A DNA stretch of 38,538 nt from the NCBI RefSeq assembly GCF_001194135.2, contig NC_069001.1:7183480-7222017 (forward strand). The letters run 5' to 3'. Within the stretch, counting starts at the first letter, position 1; the number at the start of each line of letters is the position of its first letter. Source of the DNA: Octopus bimaculoides. Taxonomy: Eukaryota. A program made the position numbers and the translations under genes. The notes below the pieces were generated by a model. That model was not told the DNA's origin. It worked only from the letters and a program-made list of their open reading frames with translations, and did no database searches. This document shows, piece by piece, positions 1 through 11,631 of this stretch.

Positions 1-985
1 AGAGAGAGAGAGAGAGAAAGAGAAATGGTATTTCTGATCATTTTCTCACTTCAATAATCAGATGTTAAACTTATAATATCTAATTATTAAAGTGGAAAAA
101 TTATCAGCAAAGACATTTCTATTCATTTTTTTCAAATACATAGTCCTGTACCAAGGACTTTCTATTTCTTATTCTGCTATGTGTGTTTGTATATAAATAT
201 ATATATACATACACATATATCCTGTAAGCCCGTTTATGTGAAATGTTTTTGAGTAAGCTCATAAAAAGGTCCTATGCCATTTATTCTGGGTATCGCTTAT
301 TGTTCCCATCTTCCAGAGTAATTTTATGAGAACGTTAATAGTCTGGTGCCACTAAGACATAGGATGAATGTAGCAATCGCAAGAACTTTTGGATGGAAAT
401 TTATAAATCCTTTAATATTAATATATATATATATATATATATATACTTTATATATATATACAATTGTCCAATGAACGGGAATATGAAACTCAGAGTAGCA
501 GTTTCTTGTGATATCTTTGTGATGTTTTTGCAGCTTTAATAATAAAGCATATTATTCTACCTCTGGTATTCAAGTACTATTTTTTCCCACCTTGTTTCAC
601 ATTTATGTGCTTACTCCCGAGCATCAAACTAATACACCTGCTTGTTGTTCATACACCTGTCTTCATCTTTTGTTTTTCTGTAAATTTCAACTATATATAT
701 ATATATATGTGTGTGTGTGTATGTATGTATAAATATATATATGATGAACCACAAATATTTAACACATACACTCTGTGCATTTGGTGGTAGGCTGTGGTTT
801 GGCACAGTGGAGAATATTCTCTCAAAGCATCAGGTGTTAAAACACCTGAAAGTCATGGACAGGTGAGATAACTCACCACTAATTTCATTCAGAAGTGATG
901 GACAATGATGTTTCGCCATTTCTGTGGCTTATCAACACCATGTAGCCGAACAGGATTGGAAATGAATCCTATCACCAATTCATGA

Positions 986-1022
<37 letters not shown>

Positions 1023-1269
1023 TTCCTTCAGATGGTGTGTTTTATGGTAAATTTCCTTTAATTCCCATCCGGTGTTACAGTTTTTTTTTTCCTGGCTACT
1101 TAGAGTGTAAAGTACAAGGAAAATTTCTCTTTGAACAATGTCATATTAAATAAACACCCTAAAGAGATAATAATGTATAAATCGCTGCATATAAATATGC
1201 AACAATTTACAATTAATGAGATTGAAACACGTGTTTCAACACGTATATATATATATATATATACAACAC

Positions 1270-1311
<42 letters not shown>

Positions 1312-2001
1312 GCTGATGATAGGCTAGATGCTTTGGTATTTGTCCTTAAATTACATATCTTATGGATGTGCAGTTTTATCTTGAGACAAATACTACAGTA
1401 ACTGGCCTATCAACTGCGTATATACATTAAGTATTATGCACATATGGCTACATAACTATAAAACATCACATATTCCAAACATGTTACAGTGTGCTGCACT
1501 CATACTCATACTTACACTCACTCTCATTATACTATAATAGCACAACTAAAAGGCAGACTTAGAAAGAATATTTAGTTTTCATCAAAACATTTCTACCACG
1601 TAGTTAAAAAAAATAATAAAAAAACAACAATGACACTACAAATTAAACCAAAAAATACAACCCTTAAAACCAACAAGTTCCAGGGGGAGACAATCAGCAA
1701 AAAAAAAAGAAAAAGGCAGCAGGTTGGACTATGTAAGGTTTAAAAGGAAAGGGAGTGGGGGGAGAGAATAATGCAACAAAGAAAACAGACATTGTGATAT
1801 GAGACTGTTGCAAGCTGGATGGGTGTCTGGACAGGAATGACCACAATAAAAGGGAGTTAATCCATTTACTACAAGGAATAGCAGTTGGCTTCTATAAATA
1901 TATATATACACTTTTTTTTTTTTTTTGAAATAAAATATATTTTTCTTTCAACACAAAGACAGACAAAATGAAGCCCAATCTGAGTTGAAAATTCGCCTTA
2001 C

Positions 2002-2034
2002 CTCAGGGTCTGATTCTGAACCATCAATGTCAGT
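2002..2034 (-). CDS. Candidate 33-nt in-frame microexon (TDIDGSESDPE)
   Basis: ttttaactccag acceptor and GAG|gtaagg donor, 11 codons, phase 0-0, compatible with the preceding phase-0 donor. No homology evidence. Confidence 0.5.
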
Positions 2035-3189
2035 CTGGAGTTAAAATCAATTGGATATATATATATATGTATTTTTAAAGTTTTTTTTTTTGTTTTTTTT
2101 TTCTCTTATGAGAATAGCATGTTTGTAAAACTACATATGGTATTGCTTGTGCTACACATTTTAAAACGTAATGCAGTTTATTTACTTATCGCATACACAT
2201 GTACCTATATAGTTCTTTATATACACTTATGTATANNNNNNNNNNNNNNNNNNNNNNNNNNNNNNNNNNNNNNNNNNNNNNNNNNNNNNNNNNNNNNNNN
2301 NNNNNNNNNNNNNNNNNNNNNNNNNNNNNNNNNNNNNNNNNNNNNNNNNNNNNNNNNNNNNNNNNNNNNNNNNNNNNNNNNNNNNNNNNNNNNNNNNNNN
2401 NNNNNNNNNNNNNNNNNNNNNNNNNNNNNNNNNNNNNNNNNNNNNNNNNNNNNNNNNNNNNNNNNNNNNNNNNNNNNNNNNNNNNNNNNNNNNNNNNNNN
2501 NNNNNNNNNNNNNNNNNNNNNNNNNNNNNNNNNNNNNNNNNNNNNNNNNNNNNNNNNNNNNNNNNNNNNNNNNNNNNNNNNNNNNNNNNNNNNNNNNNNN
2601 NNNNNNNNNNNNNNNNNNNNNNNNNNNNNNNNNNNNNNNNNNNNNNNNNNNNNNNNNNNNNNNNNNATATATATATATATATATACATACATATGTATAT
2701 ATGTGTGTGTGTATATGTATATATTTGTGAAAAATAGAATTTGAAGCTAAAACTATGAACCACTCCTCAACACATATTAAACCACCAGAGTGCGATAGAA
2801 TTTCTTTTAAGGATTATATGTCTGTATTACTATGTAACTGAAGTCTTCAATTGTTTCTTTTTGTAAATGTATAACCATTTATATTGCTATATACATAGAT
2901 ATTTAACTATTTACATTTATACACACACAAAACCATGTATAAAAACTATAAATATGAACTTTTGAAATATCATTAAATCTTACAAATTTGGCATTATCTT
3001 TTTTTTTTTGTTTTTAGGAAATTTATTTATTCATTTGTGTATTTTATTTATTCTTGGTGTGAAAATGGTTGAGAAACTTGATTTCTGTTGAAAATGTTTT
3101 CTGTAAAATGTCGTCTGAAATTATCTGTTATTTGTATTGAGGGCGACAGAGCTGACACTTTTATATGGAAATTTAAAAACTTAAAAACA

Positions 3190-3706
3190 CATATGGTTTC
3201 ACATTTTGGCACTGAGAGGTCACGGCTCTGGTGCCACAGACATGTGATTAGAATGTCACAGGAAAGAATCACAAAACGGATTCTTCAAGCCGAGCCAAAT
3301 GGCGGGATATCTAGGGGTGGACCAAAAATGAGATGGTTCAATATTTTTAGTCTCAGCTGGACATGCCTGGGAATCCAACCAGAAAGTCAAATGGTGGTTG
3401 CTTCTGATAGGACCCTATGAAGGAGGTGCCTGAGGACTCTACCCTTCAAACCAAACCAACTGGCAGTAAACCCAGGGGTAAAGCAAGAATTGGATGGTTG
3501 GATATCCATAGTCCCAGCTGGTCATGCTTGGGAATCAAACCAGAAAGTCTAATGAGAGCTGCTTCTGATAGGACCCTGTTGAGGACAGGGTGCCTGAGGA
3601 CTCTACCCTTCAAACCAAACCAAGTGGTAGGAAGCCCAGGGGTAAACCAAGAATGAGATGGTTGCATATCCATAGTCTCAGTTGGTCATACTTTGTAATT
3701 AAAGCC
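3190..3706 (+). mobile_element. RTE-clade LINE 3' remnant with a ~161-164 bp unit repeated in tandem (about 2.6 copies)
   Basis: Translation RSRLWCHRHVIRMSQERITKRILQAEPNGGISRGGPKMRW resembles the RTE ORF C-terminus (RLRWxGHVxRM...GxRxRGRPxxRW). Units start at about 3283, 3444 and 3608. Confidence 0.65.
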
Positions 3707-4019
3707 CGTTTTCTTTGTAACCAGATTATTTAGCTACTCTATTAGTCTAACTACAGATTATATATAAATATGCTGTACCGTTCCTAATGAATCAGACCAG
3801 GGACTAATAATGAAACAATGAAACAAAAACTGGAAGAAAATGAAGAAATCATTTGTGTAATTATGTGTGGGATTATAATTTAAGAGAAATAACCAAGCGA
3901 TCGTGGTGATGATGCTGTTGTTGTTGAGTGAGCTCACACTAATATTTCAATTGGGGAAACAGCATAAGAAGAAATATTGCTTACTCTTACTGTACTGGTG
4001 GTTTAGATGTGTCTTGTTT

Positions 4020-4730
4020 AAACTGTATAGTTAGTTTTATGTTCAGTGTTAACTGCATTCGTCTAAATGTGTTTACAGTCACTGTGCTGATCTAAATATG
4101 TCTACTGTCTCCATGTTAGTCTATTTTTGTTTAGTGTCACTGAGTTGGCTTAAGTGTTAACTGTTTCTGTACTGGTCTAAATGCGTTTATGGCCATGTTT
4201 GTTTTGAATCAAGTGCTATAGTGTTGATCCAAATGTGTTTAGCACTTATCTAACTTTTTTAAGTGTTATTCTATTTTTTAAACACGTTCACTGCATTGGT
4301 CTAAATATATTTAATGTTACTGTTATATTGGCTTAAATATATCTACTGTTAGTCTAAATGCATCTAGTCTCTGCTGTTTTTGGTCTAAATGAAATTTGTG
4401 TTTAACATTTACTCTGCTGACCGAAATATGTTTAATGACTACTATATTAGTCTAACTGTATTTAGTGTTAATGTCCTAGTCTAACCATGTTTACAGTTCA
4501 TTTTACGTTTTATGTTACAGTGCTGGTCTAAATGTATTTAGTGTCACCATCCAACCCATGCCAGCATGGAAAGCAGACGTTAAACAATGATGATGATGAA
4601 GATGTCACCATTGGCCTAAGCATGTTAAGTACATCTGTGTTGGTCTAAATGTGCTTAGTGTTAGTCTAAATGTATTTGGTGGTACTGTTTTTTATAAATG
4701 TATTTAGTGTTAGTCTAAATGTGTTTAGAG
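4020..4730. repeat. Degenerate minisatellite with core GTCTAAATGTRTTTAGTGTTA
   Basis: Ten TCTAAAT cores at irregular spacing, with further degenerate units between them. Interrupted by a SINE tail at about 4550-4605. Confidence 0.75.
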
Positions 4731-4789
4731 TATACAATGCTGGTGTGAATTCCAACAGAAAATCGACGAAGATGAAGAATGATATTTAC

Positions 4790-6367
4790 CTCTTCCCTGG
4801 TTTTCACTGGCTCAGACTTCCTGTGTTGTACCGTTTGGGTGCCACTGTGGAGAGAGTGCTGCTGAGCCAGTGAGAGCCGAGTGCCAGGTTTATAAACAGA
4901 GAATTCATCCGAAACAGATGATGTTGCCAAGTGACGATCCTTCTCAGCTCGTTTTGGCAAAGTGTTACAATGTATAACACTAGCGTCTCTATCGTTTAAA
5001 GACCTCGACGGGTCTTCGTATCGAGCCCCAGAAAACTTCATCTCAACACCTTGAGGCAATTCACATGAAGTGTTCAACGGGCTGTTTCCTGGTTGGTTGT
5101 GCGAGCGTAAAGTGACTGACTTTAGGCTCGGTTTTGGGCTGCAGTGTCCATATAAAGGGTTAATCCGCTGCAAGGCGGGGCCATGCTGTAAATTATCAAT
5201 GTCTGTTTGCATGGGGGTGGAGTGTACTAAGTTACGTCGATCACAAAGTGACTCACTACTTGAGCTAGAACTAGAGAGCTGAGAGAATTTTTGAATGGGA
5301 TCCGTTATTTTGCGAGCGGAATCTAAAGTCGTTATTGCCGTAATTGGTAGATTCCGCATTGGGCTGCGAGTCTGGTGCACTTGCGTGTTTACACTGACAA
5401 ATGGTAATGTGCTTGAGTCATCCGTACTACTTAAGGAACTTGAACTTGAGGTCTGAGGAATCTTCAAGCTACTGTGCACCATTGGAGATGAAGCACCACT
5501 CGCAGCGCCAGCACCTTCCATTGTAGACAATGCATTTCCTGAAAGGGATATCGAAGAAGATGGCATTACAGATTGAGAATTCCGTTGGTGTTTATACAAG
5601 GGATTGGAAAAAGATAGTGGCTGCTGGATGGAGGAATGTTGAGTAGCAAATGATGTGGAACTCAAACTAGAAAACTGAGCAGGTAACGTTGAGCCGCTGA
5701 ATTGTTCTTGAGGTGCCAGTGGTAGTTCCATGGACAAGGTTGACGGGCTATACACCGTCGGTTGATAACCTGAAGAGGACATGAAAGAATTTTGACTAGT
5801 AGATCGTTGGGAAGATGCTGCAAGAGAATTACTGGTATGGCTACGATGTTGAAGATCTGAGTTGGTTTTGTCTGCAAGCGCCGTCTCGTACGGAGCATCG
5901 CCTGTGTCATCAATGTAACTAATTCTGTTATCATAACCATTAACAGCTTCGGCTGTCGTTAGAATATCGTTCCACCATTGTTTTAACGAGTCTTTATTAT
6001 TATTAGTGTGTTTGCTGACCGATACATCAGAAATATCTCGTGTCACAGAAATATCGTTAAATGCACTGCACATATTTGCCTCGTTAGTACGCTTCCATGT
6101 GCCTGATGTCTGTTGAGTGATTCCACCGTTGTCTGAATTCATACTGTCATCCATGTTTATTGTGTGGTTGTTGTCGTTCGTGTGTAAAGTTGACTTGCTC
6201 AGCTGAAGTAATGAGCTCACCGAAGGATTGCTGTTTGGTGTCGTGGCCAAATTGTCATAGATCTGGCTCTTTCGGTTAGGTTGTTTTTTCCCAATTTTGG
6301 GATCGTTTAAGGCCTGGGTGAGTCCATTGAGAATATCAAGTAATGGATGCAGTTTTGTTATTGTAGC
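4790..6367 (-). CDS. DAB2IP/RASAL2-like (raskol): Large 1578-nt exon: end of the GAP-associated region (ATITKLHPLLDILNGLTQALNDP), then a Ser/Thr/Gln-rich disordered region ending ...SEPVKTREE
   Basis: Poly-T plus tag acceptor at 6368, GAG|gtaaat donor at 4789, phase 0-0. Contains the 511-aa ORF of the track. The start resembles RASAL2 ATVAKLGPLPRVL, recalled from the family. Confidence 0.9.
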
Positions 6368-7056
6368 CTAAAAAAAAACAAGAAAATAATAATTATTATT
6401 AAAATTAATTTCAAAGCAAGTCATATGAAAATCTTAATCAACCATCTTACTAATTAGAAATCAAATTAACAATGTTGAATTCTGTGTGTATGCGTGTTTG
6501 TGTGTGTGTATATGATGTCTGTTTATAATTATTTCTCTAAGGTATTTCAAGAATTGCAAATATCTAATTAGAAAAAAAGAAACTGAGATGAAAGATAAAT
6601 GAAAATTTCACTGAAATTGTAAAATAAAACATTTCTACATTATCTTTAAAAAAAATAGTTTTAAATCTAATGAAATCTTTAATTAAATTTTTAGCGGACT
6701 TTTTTAAATAAAAGTAAAAGATTAAAACAACATGACTCAAGAGTCAGGTGGTCAATATTTAGAGATAATAAACTTTGGCATTGCATGTTAATTAACATAT
6801 TATTTAATTAAGCTATGATTACTCAAAAAAAAAAATCCTTTTCATATGTTGTATTCAAATGTGGACAATTAGATGGAGAAGCAATGACCTGCAGAGCAAT
6901 GTGAATTGAAGAGTTTTGTTCAAGAACACAATACACCACCCAGTATAAGAATTGAAATCATGATCACTAGATCGTGAGTGCAACACCCTAACCACTAAGC
7001 CATGCACCCATATATATATATGTATATATAATATATATAATATGTATACTACTTGC

Positions 7057-7170
7057 CTCATTAGCTTTATCTAATGTTTCTATAAGAAGAGAATGTAGAA
7101 CAGAGAGTTCTTTGCCAAAATCTATAACAGCATGCTGGTTCTTTAGGAATTCATTCCCAACATCTTCACT
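7057..7170 (-). CDS. DAB2IP/RASAL2-like (raskol): RasGAP exon, GAP C-terminal helices (SEDVGNEFLKNQHAVIDFGKELSVLHSLLIETLDKANE), with GC donor
   Basis: 114 nt, tttcag acceptor, GAG|gcaagt donor, phase 0-0. Matches family IDLGRELSVLHSLL.E. Confidence 0.92.
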
Positions 7171-7338
7171 CTGAAAAATATAAAGTAAATGGATAAGTAA
7201 TACAGTAATTAAAGACGATAATTAAAGACAATAATAAGGTTGGGCTAAGGTTAAATAGCAACGTAAAACACATTTCTTTCAGAGAAGCTCAAATGTGAAA
7301 AAAATAAGTAAATAAACAAATAAGAAAACAAGACTTAC

Positions 7339-7429
7339 AGAAATATCTTTTAGAAACTGTTTCATATTTTCAAATTCTTCTTCTACAAAATCATTCATGA
7401 AGATCATGAATTCTTCTTTACCACCAAAT
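7339..7429 (-). CDS. DAB2IP/RASAL2-like (raskol): RasGAP exon (FGGKEEFMIFMNDFVEEEFENMKQFLKDIS)
   Basis: 91 nt, ttttag acceptor, T|gtaagt donor, phase 2-0. Matches FG.KEE.M.FMN.F.E.E...M..FL..IS. Confidence 0.95.
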
Positions 7430-7893
7430 CTAAAAGAAAATAAAAAGATAAATATATAAATAAAGCAACACACAAGACATTCCTTGCAGAAGTACCAAAT
7501 ATTTTATTTTGGTATTTGGCTTGCAAGATTCTTGTATCTTGGGAGGGTCATCATGTCAATAACACACACGCTGGTTCCATTTCACTTCTTTTATTATTAT
7601 TATTATTATTATTATTTTGAATCAGTTAACATTTAACCAATTAACTAATTGATTGTTTATTTAATCATTCAGTTAATCGTTCAATCAATCAGCTAGGTTC
7701 ATCAGAAGACAGACAGACAATTGCCCAAGATGCACTGATGCAGTGGGACTGAACCCAGAACCATGTGGTTGGGAACCAAACCTCTAACCACACATGTGCC
7801 TATTAAGGTAAACTTTGAATAGAGTAAATATAGTTTATCTCAATAAAATACAAAGGAAATGTATGAATCTGAAAAAAGAAACTCTTCGCTTAC

Positions 7894-7969
7894 TGTGTGA
7901 AATTAGCCAGCTTTTGAATGGCCTTCGCTATCAAAGTTAATGTCCTGACAGCTTTGTCTGACGGGTATT
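7894..7969 (-). CDS. DAB2IP/RASAL2-like (raskol): RasGAP exon (EYPSDKAVRTLTLIAKAIQKLANFT)
   Basis: 76 nt, ttgtag acceptor, CA|gtaagc donor, phase 1-2. Matches RTLTLIAK..Q.LANF. Confidence 0.95.
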
Positions 7970-8177
7970 CTACAAGAGAAGGATGATGTAAAACAAAGAT
8001 TAGAATAATTGATAGTGACAGAAGAAATATTAATACAAAAAGGTAATTTTGATTTTCAACTTAACATGGAGGTTGTGTTAGAATACAGAATATTGTGTCA
8101 TTTACCTTCAATTCTGGTAGCTCTAGCAAGCAATTCTCATCAGCCAATGATATAATTATGCGTGCTTTTATGCACCG

Positions 8178-8546
8178 CGACTCCTTATGAGAGATCGTCT
8201 CAAGGTAAGGATCCCCTTTGGTTCATGAATGATCATGAGATTGCACCTAAAAAGTTCCCATTCGAGGCACAAGTCTGGTCAAGGTTGTTTATGGAAGACC
8301 AGCAGTTACCCATGCATACCAGCCTCTTCTCTGCACATCACCGATGTCAACCAAGGGAAAGGCAAAGGGGCCGATACAGCTTGGCATCAGTGATGTTGCA
8401 ACTCATTTCTACAGCTGAGTGGACAGGACTGACGTGAAATAAAGTGTCTCGCTCAAGAACACAATACGCAGCCCGGTCCAGAAATTGAACTCACGACCTC
8501 ATGATTGTGAGCCTGACAATCTAACCACTGAGCATGCCCCTTCACA
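8178..8546 (-). mobile_element. tRNA-derived SINE (family D here)
   Basis: The minus strand starts gtgaaggggcatgctcagtggttag...gagttcaatttc (A/B-box-like), followed by tgtgttcttgagcgagacactttatttcac. A related partial head lies at about 6875-7007. Confidence 0.7.
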
Positions 8547-8609
8547 TACTCAAGGTAAATAATGCTGTGTTCTAACACATCTTTCATGTTAAGTTGGAGA
8601 TCAAGATTA

Positions 8610-8896
8610 CTTCATATTTGAATGTGTGTACAGAACTAGAAATTAGTGTGTAGGTGTGTATTTAACTAGACCAGTTGTTGCCAAGCTGTTGTCCACAGGA
8701 CTATCTGAATGGCATGCCAATGAAGAACTACCTTGAAACATTTTAGTAATGCAGCCCACCTGATAATGAACCACGTCTCATGTGGCCCACTTTTTGAAAA
8801 AGGTAGGTCATGCCTGAACTAGAAGTTAATGTGTAGATGTGTATACAACTAGAATTCAGTTTAGTGGGGTGTGTTTAACTAGAAAACAGTGTATGA

Positions 8897-8931
<35 letters not shown>

Positions 8932-9200
8932 AGAGGATATCTGTGTGTAGTGTATACAGCTTGAAATCAGTTTATGGGCATATATACAATTATACAACAA
9001 GGAATCAGTGCATAAGAGTGTATACAACTGGGGATTAGTATATAGGTGTAGATACATTGAAAAACAAGTATCTGAGGGTGTGTACTAGTGTGAAACTAAT
9101 GCATGGGTGTATACAACAAGAAATTAATGTGTGGGTGTGTATACAACTAAAAATCAAGTACAGAGTATTTATGTATAATGAAAAATCAAATTGTGGGTGT
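8610..9200. repeat. Degenerate ~28-bp minisatellite (GTGTATACAACTAGAAATYAGTGTRTRG)
   Basis: Repeated gtatacaact(a/g) units, interrupted by a 145-bp insert and a (TA)n tract. Confidence 0.7.
8672..8816. mobile_element. Short hAT-like non-autonomous element (MITE remnant)
   Basis: Degenerate CAG...CTG termini (cagttgttgccaagct / aggtaggtcatgcctg) flanked by 8-bp near-duplications aactagac / aactagaa. Confidence 0.4.
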
Positions 9201-9431
9201 TGGGCCTCACAGAGGCAATGGCCGAGATCTTTAAAGCACCTTTCGAGCTCCAGTCAGCCCAAGGCCACAGCAGAAGACACTTGCTCAAAGTTCCACACAT
9301 TGAGATTGAACCCAAAACTATGTAGTTGAGAAGCAAGCTTCCTAACCACACAGCCATGCCTGTGAATGAAAGTGACAATGAATATGAAGAGAAAATAGTA
9401 ATTAAAAATTTTTTTTTTTTTTTTTTTTTAC

Positions 9432-9580
9432 CTTGAATCAGTTTAAAAAGACTAGGAGAAAGGATTGCTGGACACAAGAATCTCAAAAATATTGATGCAC
9501 TGATTAAGTTATCACTAAGGTCTTCCTTCTCGTTTACACGGCAGTTTTCTCGGAAACCTGCAAACACTTCTCGAAGTTCA
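9432..9580 (-). CDS. DAB2IP/RASAL2-like (raskol): RasGAP exon with FLR motif ([49 protein letters not shown])
   Basis: 149 nt, atatag acceptor, G|gtaaaa donor, phase 2-1. Contains the RasGAP signature [11 protein letters not shown]. Confidence 0.96.
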
Positions 9581-10065
9581 CTATATTAAGAAAAAGAAGA
9601 AAAAAAAAACCAAAATAACAATAACTAAAATAATCATCATAATTATTTAATGTCTACTGACCATTGCCAGTGTTATGTAAATGGCACTAGACTTCTGTTT
9701 CTGTTTTGGCAGGGTCTTTATGGCTGGATGCCCTTCCTAACCCTAACCCCAACCACCAAGAAGAGTGGACTGAGTGATTTTGACATGGCATGAGCACAGG
9801 TGAGGTCAGTTTTGGCATAGCAATATTATAAAATAAGGAGACACAAACATACACACAAACACACACATACACAACAGGCTTCTTTCAGTTTCTGTCTACC
9901 AAATCCACTCACAAGGCTTTGGTCAGACAAAGGTTATATAGTAGAAGAGATTCCACACAGTGAGACTGAACCTGGAATCTTGTGGTTGGGAAACAAGCTC
10001 CATATCATACAGCCAGCCCATGCCTATATGAGTGTGTGTGTGTGTGTGTGTGTGTTTGTATAAAT

Positions 10066-10265
10066 ATCATCATCATCATCATTCAATGTCCGTTGTCCAT
10101 GCTGGTATGGATTGGACAGTTCGACTGAAAACTGGAAAGCTGCACTAGATTCCAATCTGATTTGGCTTGGTTTCTACAGCAGGATGCCCTTCCTAATGCC
10201 AATCACTCCAAGAGTGTAGTGGGTGCCTTTTATGTGCCACCAGCACAGGTGCCAGTTATGTAACA
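10066..10265 (-). mobile_element. Retroposon family C, 3' module (ccaacccatgc...ggacgttaaacgatgatg tail)
   Basis: Reverse complement of the module at 11980-12132, with a (CAT)n tail. Confidence 0.75.
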
Positions 10266-10354
10266 CCAGCATTGGCCACAACTACAATATATAATGCATG
10301 TATGTATGGAAATAAAATAAAATATACAGAAAGGAAAATAATGTCTAGACATAC

Positions 10355-10533
10355 CCAGGAAAATAACGTCTAGAATTTGAAATTTTATTCCAAGCTTGTT
10401 CGCAGAGTTTCTTTAGGTTGGCTTGGTTTCGTTGGAGAGTTGCATTGTTGGAAAGCTTGGTGGGGTCGACCTCATAGTCTTCCGACAGCTCAATAATCTC
10501 CATAACAAATTCTCTCAATGTCACTTGTAAATA
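10355..10533 (-). CDS. DAB2IP/RASAL2-like (raskol): RasGAP exon (YLQVTLREFVMEIIELSEDYEVDPTKLSNNATLQRNQANLKKLCEQAWNKISNSRRYFP)
   Basis: 179 nt, aatag acceptor, GG|gtatgt donor, phase 0-2. Contains the family EVDP.K motif. Confidence 0.94.
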
Positions 10534-10842
10534 CTATTGGAAAAGATATTAAAAGAGAAAAATATTCAGCCAACAGGATTTTATTTGATTTGAACTCAGA
10601 TTCTCTAGCTTTACATAAATGAAAGAAATATCTCACAATTTGAACATACAAAGTTAAGAAATAGAAAAAACGAAAATTCTTGACAAGGGTTCGATATTTA
10701 ACCCATTAAGCATTCTGATTATTCTGCCACATGCAATGCTTATTTATTCAAATTCTTTCGTGCTAATCATACAATATCTTGTAGCTTTGAGATTTTAATG
10801 ATGCGATTACCGGTGATAACGATATAAACTCGTTTTACTTAC

Positions 10843-10922
10843 GTTTTCACCAACCAATTTCATGTAGGCTTCCATTGCCTTTGTTGCAATACTGTTGCCT
10901 CGAAATGTCAGATGTTCATTGT
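10843..10922 (-). CDS. DAB2IP/RASAL2-like (raskol): RasGAP exon carrying the arginine finger ([27 protein letters not shown])
   Basis: 80 nt, ttgcag acceptor, C|gtaagt donor, phase 1-0. The FRGNS.ATK motif is intact. Confidence 0.95.
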
Positions 10923-11468
10923 CTGCAAACGAAGGAATTATAATGGATCAGACAAACATAGACAAGAGAAAGATCATTTATCTTTTTATTCGTTTCAGTT
11001 ATTAGACTGTGGCCATGCTGGGGCCACTGCCTTGAAGAATTTTTAGCTGAAAGAATCAACCCCAGTATGTGAAAGAATGAAAGGCAAGGCTGACCCCAGT
11101 GGAATTTGAACTGTAGGAAACCCATTGCGTGCACGTACATGTGTGTGTGTGTGTGTATATGTGTGTGCATGAATGTGTTTTTGTCTGTGTGATCTTGTCT
11201 TGAAACTGCATGTTAGTTGTAAATGAGTGTCTCTGTCATACAAGCAGTGTCATTCATTTCTACTATTCAGCTAGAACACGTCTGGGGTAATGGGGAAATT
11301 CTGTCTTGCTTGGAAACAGGTGAGGGCTGGTGACAGGAAGAGCATCCAACCTGTAAAGTAATCTGTCTCAATAAACTCCTTCCAACTCCAACCACATAGA
11401 AAAGGGGACATTAAAAACAATGAAAATGATGATGATGACGATGATGAAAACACAGATGACATATTTAC

Positions 11469-11631
11469 CTAATCTAGATATTTCTGCCATGACCACATCA
11501 CAGAGGAAGTTCTTTGCTTTATTCAAGTGCTGCATGGCATGTACTAAACATGTAGCAATGTCTTCCTTGTCCCGCACACTCACCAACGGCTCCAGATGTT
11601 CACACAGGCTCACATAATTACTGGTTAAATA
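11469..11631 (-). CDS. DAB2IP/RASAL2-like (raskol): RasGAP exon, start of GAP domain (YLTSNYVSLCEHLEPLVSVRDKEDIATCLVHAMQHLNKAKNFLCDVVMAEISRL)
   Basis: 163 nt, poly-T plus cccag acceptor, G|gtaaat donor, phase 0-1. Confidence 0.95.

Noticed and set aside
830-849. 20-bp near-palindrome tcaggtgtt-aa-aacacctga
   Set aside because: It is too short and isolated to assign any function.
220-1400. Non-microsatellite fragments between (TA)n tracts as possible 3' exons of the gene
   Set aside because: No frame gives coiled-coil or family-like sequence with proper splice sites. They are more likely old repeat remnants, but I cannot classify them.
4715-4789. Read-through C-terminus VNIILHLRRFSVGIHTSIVYSKHI of the 511-aa ORF
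   Set aside because: It follows a good GAG|gtaaat donor at the position where the family continues into a coiled coil, so it is most likely intron.
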